Of a stretch of DNA of 64,000 bases, positions 47,092-55,016 are shown in pieces. The notes beneath the pieces were generated by a model. It worked only from the letters and a program-made list of their open reading frames with translations, did no database searches and was not told where the DNA came from. Both the position numbers and the translations under genes were made by a program. Positions within the stretch are counted from its first letter, which is position 1. Every line of letters begins with the position of its first letter. The DNA comes from Balneolales bacterium (GTDB lineage Bacteria > Bacteroidota > Rhodothermia > Balneolales > HLUCCA01): NCBI GenBank assembly GCA_041749075.1, contig JBGTBY010000035.1:278104-342103 (forward strand). Direction: 5' to 3'.

Positions 47092-48306
47092 TTAGCTCTC
47101 ACGGAAATGCTTGCTGAGTTTGAGCTCCTGACCTTGGTAATGGCTCCGGATTTCGCGTCCGTACACCATGTCCGGGACTTCCGTGTTCGGCTCGAACACC
47201 ATCCGGAAAAAGGTCTGTCCGTCTTCAATTAAAAAAGGAACGTCGTGACTTCTAACTTCCAGCACCGCTCGTGCTCCACCTTGCTCTCGGGAACCGCCAA
47301 ATCCGCTATCAAAAAAGCCGGCATAATGGGTTCTGAGTTCGCCGGAACCGGTGTCATACGGCACCATTTCAGCAGCCAAGTGGGATGGAATTCGCACACG
47401 TTCTTTCGATGCGAAAATATAGAAGGCCTCGGGCTCGAGAATGAGCATGTCGTCGCTCTGAGCGTAAATCGGCTCCCAGAATTGGGAAATACGATAATGG
47501 TTGATGAGGTCCAGATCGATCAAATCACGATTGTTCTTGGCTTTATAGCCCACGATCTCCCCTTTCTCGCCTTGAAGGGTCACGCTCATGTACAATCCGT
47601 TACCCACTTTGAGCTGATCGATGGGAATCGGACTTCCATCTTCCCTCAAAAGAATCGGATCGGAGGCATGGGTTCTTAAAATGTCTTCATCACTGATCCA
47701 GGCATTTCCATGACGGATGCGGAGCTGATTGAGGCGTTGACCTGTTCTAACCCTCACCGGAAAGCTTTTCGGGACCACTTCCAGATACAATCCGCCACTA
47801 TAGCCGGCACTGATTTCCTCGAAACGGTGGGAGTAATCCGTCACCACTCGTGTGAAAATATCCAGTCGACCGGTAGAACTTTTTGGATTGGTTCTGGCGG
47901 AAAGATGCTCTTCCGACACGATGTACATCGGTGTGGAATCGGATTGAGTTGTGAACAACTTCTGCTGAAATCCGGCCAAAGATTGAGGAAGATCCAAGCG
48001 TTCCAACAATGGAATCAGATAGGTGCAATTGGGCTCAAGTACAGCTCCATCCACAATGGAAAACGAATGCTGTGTAAGCTTGGCAAGCTTTCCTTCGACC
48101 GATTCATTTTCGGGAAGGAAACTGCATCTCACTCGATACGCGATTTCGCCGAGGCGCAAATCCATCGAATTGGGCTGGAATTGATCCTCCTGAATCGGCC
48201 ATTTCTCGGACGAATAGATCACTCCCGCATCCGCCAGGCGTTTGAGGTGCTGAACGGGCAACACGCCTCGGGTTCGGATGGATAGTCGGTCTCCTTTTTT
48301 GGTCAT
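47092..48306 (-). CDS. 2'-deoxycytidine 5'-triphosphate deaminase family (long DCD-type) protein
   Basis: Start ATG 48304-48306 (MTKKGDRLSIRTRGVLP). QPNSMDLRLGE, NPKSSTGRLDIFTR and a duplicated dUTPase-like fold. The ORF-track extension to 48495 lies inside the EVE gene. Confidence 0.75.
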   Translation of the reverse strand: MTKKGDRLSIRTRGVLPVQHLKRLADAGVIYSSEKWPIQEDQFQPNSMDLRLGEIAYRVRCSFLPENESVEGKLAKLTQHSFSIVDGAVLEPNCTYLIPLLERLDLPQSLAGFQQKLFTTQSDSTPMYIVSEEHLSARTNPKSSTGRLDIFTRVVTDYSHRFEEISAGYSGGLYLEVVPKSFPVRVRTGQRLNQLRIRHGNAWISDEDILRTHASDPILLREDGSPIPIDQLKVGNGLYMSVTLQGEKGEIVGYKAKNNRDLIDLDLINHYRISQFWEPIYAQSDDMLILEPEAFYIFASKERVRIPSHLAAEMVPYDTGSGELRTHYAGFFDSGFGGSREQGGARAVLEVRSHDVPFLIEDGQTFFRMVFEPNTEVPDMVYGREIRSHYQGQELKLSKHFRES

Positions 48307-48308
48307 AT

Positions 48309-48791
48309 TCAGATCGGCTCGACACCGGCTAATTGATGGATGATGCGCCATTCGCTGGCGGTGACGGGATGGATCGACAACCGGGTTCCTCGTTGAAGGA
48401 GGATCATGGACTCGAGTCCGGATGTCTGTTGTAAGGTTTCGCGCAAGACAGGTGCTGGGAAGATCTGAGCCAGTTTCACATCCACCAACATCCAACGCGG
48501 ATTATCAGCAGGTGTGGTGGCGTCATAATAGTCGGAATCGGGATCGAATTGAGTCGGATCTGGATAGGATTCGGAAGCCACGACCGCCGTTCCGACGACA
48601 CATAACGGCTTCGCATTGCTATGATAAAACAGGATGCCGTCGCCGGGTTTCATGCTGTCGCGCATGTAGTTGCGGGCTTGGTAATTGCGCACACCTTCCC
48701 ACTTTGTGGTCTGATTGGGTGATGCGGCAAGATGATCGATACCAAATACGTCGGGCTCGGATTTCATGAGCCAATAGTTGCGTTCTGACAT
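48309..48791 (-). CDS. EVE (PUA-like) domain protein
   Basis: 160 aa. YWLMKSEPDVFGIDHL, WEGVRNYQARNYMRD and GDGILFYHSN. Confidence 0.8.
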   Translation of the reverse strand: MSERNYWLMKSEPDVFGIDHLAASPNQTTKWEGVRNYQARNYMRDSMKPGDGILFYHSNAKPLCVVGTAVVASESYPDPTQFDPDSDYYDATTPADNPRWMLVDVKLAQIFPAPVLRETLQQTSGLESMILLQRGTRLSIHPVTASEWRIIHQLAGVEPI

Positions 48792-48816
48792 GGCCTGAAG
48801 TTAGTATTTTTCTGAC

Positions 48817-50412
48817 ATGAAATATCCTTTGATCTTGCTGCTGGGCCTGCTTGCACTCGCCTCGTGCTCCTCCAAAAAAACGGGAACCATCACGGTTCTC
48901 ACCACCACCGACCTTCATGGCTGGGTCCTCTCATGGGATTACGCCCGTGACCAAGCCGAGCCACGAAACGGCCTCGAGCGCGTGGCCACACTCGTCGATT
49001 CCATACGTCGCTCCTCCCCTAACGCTTTACTTATCGACGCCGGCGACTGGCTTCAAGGCAACAGTTTTGCCGCTTACTTCGCCGAACAGGGTCCCGAGTC
49101 CAAAGATTATCCATTGCTCCGGGTCGCCGACATGCTCCAATATGACGCCTTCGTTCTTGGGAACCATGAATTCAACTATGGACTCGATTACCTGAACACC
49201 CGCATCCGCCAGAGCAAAACGCCGGTCATCGGCGCGAATATTTATACGCATGGCACGGATTCCACAGCGTACACGCCCTACCTCATGAAAACCGTGGACG
49301 GATTCAATGTCGCGATTCTCGGCATCACCACTCCCGGAACCATGGTCTGGGATCGTCAACACGTGCAGGGTAAAATCGAGGTCCGCGACGCCCTCATCGA
49401 CACACGCAAATGGGTGGCATCGCTGCGTGAGCTTGGCGCAGAGGTGATCGTGGTTCTGGCTCATACCGGCTACGAAGGCGCTTCTTCCTATCATGACGCG
49501 GAAATCGGGCGCGAAAACGTGGGCAAAGCCATTCTCGATTCGATTCCGGATGTGGATTTGCTGGTGTTCGGACATTCGCATCGGGTGACGCAAGGACCCG
49601 ATCACATTCAAGCCGGACGTTGGGCCTCGCATTTGGGCGAAGCCAAATTGTTTGTGCGTCGCACGGATGATGGGGATGTCGTGGTGGATTCCATCCAGAC
49701 CCAAGCCCATGCCGTTGTGAATGCGGCGCCTTCGGTTCGGGTGCGGGAATTGGTGAAGGAAGAACATGAGTTGGTAAGAAGTCATGTGAACGCGCACATC
49801 ACCACGATTACTGAAGAATGGTCGTCGGAAGATGCCAGATTGGTTGATACACCGATTCTGGACCTCATCCATCATGTGCAGTTCAAGGTGACGAATGCGG
49901 ATTTGTCCGCTGCGTCCGCCTTCACCACCAATGCGACCTTCACCCCGCCTTCGCTCACCCGACGCGACCTGGCGGCGATCTACCCCTATGAAAACAAATT
50001 GTATGTGATCGAGATCAACGGCAAGCAACTGCGCGACTATTTGGAGTACACCAGCAACTACTATCTGGTGAACACCGAAGCCGGAACGCCATTGGTCAAC
50101 CGCTCCTGGCCGGGATATAATTTCGATACAGTGAACGGCGTGGAGTACGAACTGGATCTCCGCAAAGAACCGGGCTCGCGCTTGGTGTATCTGCGTCGCA
50201 ACGGACGTGCGGTTCGAAACACAGACACCTTCACGATGGCGGTGAACTCCTATCGCGCCGAAGGCGGAGGCGGGTTCACGATGCTCGCCGGTTCACCTGT
50301 GACCTGGCGCTCGGATGTGTCCGTCAAACAGATGCTCGAAACCGAGCTCAGTGGTGTGGATACCCTTCGTGTTGAGGATGTCCATACTGTGAATTGGAAA
50401 CTGCGGTTTTAA
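48817..50412 (+). CDS. Bifunctional metallophosphatase / 5'-nucleotidase (lipoprotein)
   Basis: Lipobox LALASCS. Calcineurin-like motifs TTDLHG, GDWLQGN and GNHEFN, with a C-terminal 5'-nucleotidase domain. Confidence 0.85.
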   Translation: MKYPLILLLGLLALASCSSKKTGTITVLTTTDLHGWVLSWDYARDQAEPRNGLERVATLVDSIRRSSPNALLIDAGDWLQGNSFAAYFAEQGPESKDYPLLRVADMLQYDAFVLGNHEFNYGLDYLNTRIRQSKTPVIGANIYTHGTDSTAYTPYLMKTVDGFNVAILGITTPGTMVWDRQHVQGKIEVRDALIDTRKWVASLRELGAEVIVVLAHTGYEGASSYHDAEIGRENVGKAILDSIPDVDLLVFGHSHRVTQGPDHIQAGRWASHLGEAKLFVRRTDDGDVVVDSIQTQAHAVVNAAPSVRVRELVKEEHELVRSHVNAHITTITEEWSSEDARLVDTPILDLIHHVQFKVTNADLSAASAFTTNATFTPPSLTRRDLAAIYPYENKLYVIEINGKQLRDYLEYTSNYYLVNTEAGTPLVNRSWPGYNFDTVNGVEYELDLRKEPGSRLVYLRRNGRAVRNTDTFTMAVNSYRAEGGGGFTMLAGSPVTWRSDVSVKQMLETELSGVDTLRVEDVHTVNWKLRF

Positions 50413-50540
50413 GATGCGGGATGCGAGAAGCTTGATGCGGGATGCTAGATGCAAAAAGCGGGAGGCAGGACTATCATGCTTCTAGCATCTGGCTTCCTGC
50501 TTCCAGCTTCCAGCATCCCGCATCCCGCATCCCGCTTCTA
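50412..50540. repeat. Long imperfect hairpin built from GATGCNN / CATCCCG heptamers; fills the whole convergent intergenic gap
   Basis: Left: GATGCGG, GATGCGA (50413-50426) and GATGCGG, GATGCTA, GATGCAA (50434-50454). Right: CATCCCG x3 (50514-50534). Arm pairings are 50412-50423 with 50528-50539 (11/12), 50424-50446 with 50505-50527 (17/23), and 50461-50470 with 50495-50504 (9/10). Confidence 0.75.
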
Positions 50541-52454
50541 TCACCTCTCCCAGACATTATTCGCGCGATCTTTATCTGGAAAATGGACCTCCGGATCGAT
50601 TTCGACTTTCACGATTCCGCGATAAGAAACGGTAAGGTCAAGATTTCCGCCGGATGACATGACGCGATCGATCGGGATGGTCACATCGTGTGAGACTCCC
50701 GATGCCTCGGTGATGCGAAGCAAATAGGGCATCGGATTTTGTCCGAGGTCGGCGAGTTTGATGATGGAATTACGACCACGCTCGGTCACCGACACCACAC
50801 TCTGATCCAGCACGCCAGTTTCGTAATACCACGGACGCCAGAACCAGGTCAGATCCTGCCCCGATTTCGCATTGAAGAAGGCAAACATGTCGTATGGAGA
50901 CATATGTTTGTACTTCCAGGTCTGCAAGAGATCTAAATAGATTTCACGGAAGGTTTCTTCACCCAATACGCCACGAAGCGCCATCAACACCGTCGCCGGT
51001 TTGTTATAGGATGCGATTCCGAACGCCGGACCCGGATAGTGATAATCCGAGCGACGCATCATTTCGCCTTCCATTTCGGTGCCGGCGATGCGCAGATAAC
51101 CTGCAGCCGTTCCCACATGCGCGCGCTCGACATCACGGAAGTCCGCATTGGCAAAATTGGTATGGAATGAGGTGAATCCTTCATCAATCCAACTGTAGCG
51201 GCGTTCGTCGGTGCTCACGATCATCGGAATCCACATGTGGGCCAGTTCGTGGGCGGTCACGCTTTGCAAGCCGGCGGCGCTGGACCGATTGTAATCGCCG
51301 ATGAGGGTCATCATCGGATATTCCATCCCTCCGCCGATGATGTTCCCTGCTTCCACGGCGGTCATATGTGGCCATGGATACGGAATTCCAGTATACTCAG
51401 ACAAAAAAGTGATGGCGTGTTGCGAATAACGAACAGCCGATTTCCACAATGGCGCGGTATCGCGATACAATGCACTGATGCGGGCATATCCGTCACCGGT
51501 TGGCGTGCGGGCGCTATCCCAATACGAGGCGCGGGTGATGGAAACGGCCACATCCCTCACCTTCGTCGATTTGAATTTCCAGACCAGTGATTCGGCTTTG
51601 GTTGCGGTCGTGGCCACATCCCCGAAATCCTGCGCAGTGATCACATTCACGACATCGTCGCTGTTCATGGCGCGGTTGTACCGCTCCAGAATGTGCGGTG
51701 CGAAGTTCTGATCCGCATTCAACAGATCGCCTGTCGCCAGAACGATCCAATCGCCCGGCATATGAATTTCGAGATCGTAATCGGCGAATCCATGATAGAA
51801 TTCGGCATTCAGTTTGAACGGATCGGGATGCCAGCCAAGCATGTCGTCATACACAGCCATTTGCGGATACCAATAAGCCAAAAAAAACAGATCATCGGTA
51901 TCGTACCCCATCCGACCCCCACTTCCGGCTTGCGGGATTTCGAAGCTCCACGACAGACTGATGTTGGTAGTGGTGCCAGGTAGAATAGGCCGTGAAGGGA
52001 CCACAACCATGCGGGTGTCGTAAATCACGTATCTGGGTCCGCGGAAGGTTCCGGTTTCCAAGGTTTCGCCATTGACGGTCACACCCGAAACACTGACTCC
52101 ATCCGTGATTTCAGCGGCTTCATTGCGCATCGCGCCGGGAGCATGAGCGTTCTGATACAGATCCAGATGCAAATTATTGAGCGTATCCGGGGAATGGTTG
52201 GTATATCGGATGGAGATATCCCCTTTCAGCGTTTTATTGACTTCATCGACGGTCGCACGGATGGTGTACTGCGAATATTGTTGCCAGTACGCCGCACCTG
52301 GTTTTCCATCCGCCGTGCGTGTGCCTTTTTCTATGGCACGTTGTATCGATACAGGTGGTGTGATGGGATTCACCTGATAGCGCACCGGTTGAGCCACCCC
52401 GGATGAAACGATGATGAGAGAGAATAATGTTGAGAAGATAGATTTCATATGCAT
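50541..52454 (-). CDS. M1-family zinc metallopeptidase
   Basis: 637 aa. Signal peptide, HELAHMW (HExxH) and the downstream WIDEGFTS glutamate. Confidence 0.9.
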   Translation of the reverse strand: MHMKSIFSTLFSLIIVSSGVAQPVRYQVNPITPPVSIQRAIEKGTRTADGKPGAAYWQQYSQYTIRATVDEVNKTLKGDISIRYTNHSPDTLNNLHLDLYQNAHAPGAMRNEAAEITDGVSVSGVTVNGETLETGTFRGPRYVIYDTRMVVVPSRPILPGTTTNISLSWSFEIPQAGSGGRMGYDTDDLFFLAYWYPQMAVYDDMLGWHPDPFKLNAEFYHGFADYDLEIHMPGDWIVLATGDLLNADQNFAPHILERYNRAMNSDDVVNVITAQDFGDVATTATKAESLVWKFKSTKVRDVAVSITRASYWDSARTPTGDGYARISALYRDTAPLWKSAVRYSQHAITFLSEYTGIPYPWPHMTAVEAGNIIGGGMEYPMMTLIGDYNRSSAAGLQSVTAHELAHMWIPMIVSTDERRYSWIDEGFTSFHTNFANADFRDVERAHVGTAAGYLRIAGTEMEGEMMRRSDYHYPGPAFGIASYNKPATVLMALRGVLGEETFREIYLDLLQTWKYKHMSPYDMFAFFNAKSGQDLTWFWRPWYYETGVLDQSVVSVTERGRNSIIKLADLGQNPMPYLLRITEASGVSHDVTIPIDRVMSSGGNLDLTVSYRGIVKVEIDPEVHFPDKDRANNVWER

Positions 52455-52514
52455 TCTGTGTGCCTGTGAGTTCGTTCGCTGAATATAAGGCTACCAATCA
52501 CACATCAAATAAGC

Positions 52515-53015
52515 ATGAAAATCGCCATTTTCCTTTTTTTACTATCCGGATGTTCCAACGCTGAACTGGAACAACCGCCCATGATGTTCAGCTATGACAT
52601 ACTAATGGATACCGTTATGACCGACAAAGTCGTTAAAACAGACGCCGAATGGCGCGCACAACTCACTCCTGAAGAATACAAGATTCTGCGTGACAAAGGC
52701 ACGGAATTCCCCTTCCGTGGCAAGTACAACAAAGCCACAACGGAAGGAATCTATGTCTGCGCCGGATGCGGAACACCCCTGTTCCACTCCGATACCAAGT
52801 ACGACTCCGGTTCAGGCTGGCCGAGTTTCTGGGCGCCCCTTCAAGAAGAGCATGTGGCACTGAAAGCTGACAACAGTCTATTCATGAAACGCACGGAAGT
52901 GGTGTGCGCCCGATGCGACGGACACCTGGGACATGTGTTCGACGACGGACCCAAACCTACCGGTTTGCGCTATTGCTTGAACTCCCCCGCCCTGAAATTA
53001 GTGGAGAAACCATAA
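52515..53015 (+). CDS. msrB: Peptide-methionine (R)-S-oxide reductase (lipoprotein form)
   Basis: Lipobox LLSGCS. Zn Cys pairs CAGCGTPLF and CARCDGHLGHVF, catalytic RYCLNS. Confidence 0.9.
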   Translation: MKIAIFLFLLSGCSNAELEQPPMMFSYDILMDTVMTDKVVKTDAEWRAQLTPEEYKILRDKGTEFPFRGKYNKATTEGIYVCAGCGTPLFHSDTKYDSGSGWPSFWAPLQEEHVALKADNSLFMKRTEVVCARCDGHLGHVFDDGPKPTGLRYCLNSPALKLVEKP

Positions 53016-53021
53016 TCAGCT

Positions 53022-53038
53022 TTGGCACGGGATTTGTA
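53022..53038 (+). promoter_or_regulatory. Candidate sigma-54 (-24/-12) promoter
   Basis: TTGGCACGGGATTTGTA matches YTGGCACGrNNNTTGCW at every specified position except the C of the -12 GC (GT here). GG at 53024-53025 and GT at 53036-53037 have correct spacing. Confidence 0.45.
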
Positions 53039-53048
53039 ATAAAATCCT

Positions 53049-53106
53049 TGATTATGTATAGCCCAATCACAATGGAAGAAAAAGCTCGTTGATTCGGGCT
53101 TTTTTT
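53049..53106 (+). ncRNA. Hypothetical short transcript (sRNA or leader) from the sigma-54-like promoter to the intrinsic terminator
   Basis: Predicted TSS about 53047-53050. 5' hairpin TGATT-N11-AATCA (53049-53069), an A/G-rich single strand, then the terminator hairpin. Purely a structural inference. Confidence 0.25.
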
Positions 53107-53110
53107 GTTT
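53079..53110 (+). terminator. Rho-independent terminator (for msrB and/or the candidate short transcript)
   Basis: AAAAAGCUCG-UUGAUU-CGGGCUUUUU with a T7 run (53100-53106) then GTTTT. The GC core is only 5 bp including one G-U. Confidence 0.55.
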
Positions 53111-53158
53111 TCACACTATCTTTGTGTTGGCATAACCCGATACTTTTTTAAGAAAACC

Positions 53159-54550
53159 ATGGCGTCGTTGTTGATCGTTGATGATGAGAAAGCGATAAGA
53201 AAGCAGTTGATGTGGCAATTAACCGACATGTTTTCGGTGTATGAAGCTGAGAATGTCGACCAAGCCAAACAAATCTGCTCCAAAACGAGCATCGACATCA
53301 TCCTGATCGACTTGCATCTCCCTCCCGACCTATCGTCGCCGCGCTCGGGAAAGGACATGCTTTCCTACATCCGCATCCAGCATCCCGGCATCATTCCGAT
53401 CATCATGACCGGCCTTGCGGATCCCGCGCTATCCTTGAATGTGATCGACATGGGTGCTTGGGATGTGTTCACGAAACCCATCAATCCCGACGAACTCACC
53501 ATCGTCATGAAACGCGCGCTTCGCCTGCGCGACCTATCCAATGAGCTCGAGAGCTTCAAGACCACGCGAATGGCGTCTACCAGCGATTCCATCATCGGTC
53601 AGAGTGAGGAAATCAATCAGCTTCGCGATATGATTTCGCAGGTGGCTCCCACCGACGCGTCGGTCCTCATCACGGGCGAAAGCGGTACCGGAAAAGAGTT
53701 GGTGGCGGAAGCGATCCATCGCCAATCCCTTCGTTCCAAAAAACCGTTCATCGCGGTCAATTGCGCGGCATTGAGCGATTCCTTGATCGAAGATGAATTG
53801 TTCGGGCACGAATCGGGAGCGTATACCGGTTCGAAAGGTCCGCGCAAAGGTAAATTCGAACTGGCCGACAATGGCACCATTTTTCTCGACGAAGTGGCCG
53901 AACTGTCCCCTGCCGCCCAAGCCAAATTGTTACGAGTTCTGCAAGAAGGAACCTTGGAACGCCTCGGCAGTGAGCGCTCGATCAAAGTGGATGTGCGCGT
54001 GATCGCGGCGACGCACCAGAATCTGCCCGATCGCGTAGCCAAAGGCCACTTCCGTGAAGATCTCTACTACCGCTTGAGTGTGATTCCGATTGAAGTGCCT
54101 CGCTTGGCCGATCGTGGCGGCGATATCGAACTGTTATCCCAACATTTTCTGACCCACTTCCAAAAACGGCTGAATCGCGACGCCTTGCGGTTTCATGACG
54201 ATGCGATTCGGCTGATGCGGGCGTATGCCTGGCCCGGCAATGTGCGCGAACTGAAGAACATGGTGGAACGCATATCCATTTTAGCAAAATCGAAAGTCAT
54301 TGAAAGCCAGGACCTGCCCAAAGAATTGCGGGGGGGAGAAGCGATGCCTGCCAAATCCCATCCACCTAAAAATTCGGTACTGCTGCAAGAGGGCATCTCC
54401 TATGAAACGGCTGTGAACGAGTACCGGAAAGCATTGCTGATTCAGGCTCTCGACGCTCATAAGTCCAAATCGAAAGCCGCACAAGCTCTTGGCATCAACC
54501 GCTCCTATCTGTACGAATTACTCGAGAAGCTGGACATTTCGTTCACATAA
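53159..54550 (+). CDS. Sigma-54-dependent response regulator (NtrC/AtoC-type bEBP)
   Basis: Start ATG 53159. REC domain (LLIVDDE..., ILIDLHLPPD), AAA+ Walker A GESGTGKE, sigma-54 contact loop ESGAYTGS (GAFTGA variant), Walker B IFLDEV, and a C-terminal Fis-type HTH KSKAAQALGINRSYLYELL. Confidence 0.9.
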   Translation: MASLLIVDDEKAIRKQLMWQLTDMFSVYEAENVDQAKQICSKTSIDIILIDLHLPPDLSSPRSGKDMLSYIRIQHPGIIPIIMTGLADPALSLNVIDMGAWDVFTKPINPDELTIVMKRALRLRDLSNELESFKTTRMASTSDSIIGQSEEINQLRDMISQVAPTDASVLITGESGTGKELVAEAIHRQSLRSKKPFIAVNCAALSDSLIEDELFGHESGAYTGSKGPRKGKFELADNGTIFLDEVAELSPAAQAKLLRVLQEGTLERLGSERSIKVDVRVIAATHQNLPDRVAKGHFREDLYYRLSVIPIEVPRLADRGGDIELLSQHFLTHFQKRLNRDALRFHDDAIRLMRAYAWPGNVRELKNMVERISILAKSKVIESQDLPKELRGGEAMPAKSHPPKNSVLLQEGISYETAVNEYRKALLIQALDAHKSKSKAAQALGINRSYLYELLEKLDISFT

Positions 54551-54647
54551 AACGACAGATTGTAGGCTATAAACGACGATTGTCGACCGCCAATCTAAGC
54601 CTATCGCCTTTATTCCGAGTTGGCATGCTTTATGTTATGGATGGGTT

Positions 54648-55016
54648 ATGAATCCGACCATCCTGATTGTTGACGACGACATCCAAGTTGTAAAACAACT
54701 GATGTGGGCATTTCATGACCAATTCAATGTGGTGCATGCCATGACTCCTCAAGAGATCGACCTTTGTGTGACGCATCAGCATCCCATTGCGGCTCTGATC
54801 GACATGCACCTTCAACCTACATTGCAATCCGCCGCAACCGGTTTGAACCATGTGCGGCATCTGCACTCCATGCATCCGGAGTTGCTGATCATCGCGATAT
54901 CCGTGAGTCAGAATCCGAATCTACCTACGTTGGCGTTGGATGTCGGAGCGGCGATGTTCCTGCACAAGCCGTTCACAAGCGATCAGTTACGCGACGCTCT
55001 TTCTCGACTCGCCTGA
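54648..55016 (+). CDS. Stand-alone response-regulator receiver domain protein
   Basis: 122 aa. ILIVDDD, phospho-acceptor context ALIDMHL, IAIS and FLHKPF. Visibly paralogous to the receiver of the upstream bEBP (shared KQLMW and IDxHLxP). Confidence 0.75.
   Translation: MNPTILIVDDDIQVVKQLMWAFHDQFNVVHAMTPQEIDLCVTHQHPIAALIDMHLQPTLQSAATGLNHVRHLHSMHPELLIIAISVSQNPNLPTLALDVGAAMFLHKPFTSDQLRDALSRLA

Noticed and set aside
47092-48495. N-terminal extensions in the ORF track. Examples are DCD to 48495, truA to 28910, SDR to 8190, VTC to 27562, DUF4956 to 26846, the MEMO-like gene to 11654, RNase E/G from 37374, mfd from 18885 and the activator from 53105.
   Set aside because: The extensions overlap the upstream gene or intergenic hairpins. 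In each case they are followed by an internal ATG that creates a canonical ATGA or short overlap and restores a family-typical N-terminus.
53054-53092. 12-codon mini-ORF (MYSPITMEEKAR) inside the candidate sigma-54-dependent short transcript.
   Set aside because: No ribosome-binding context, and its stop lies inside the terminator stem. Noted only as a possibility; treated as non-coding.
54621-54635. Second sigma-54-like motif, TGGCAT-N5-ATGT, upstream of the lone receiver gene.
   Set aside because: Three or more deviations from consensus (both the -24 C and the -12 TTGC are degraded). The implied TSS would fall at or after the start codon.
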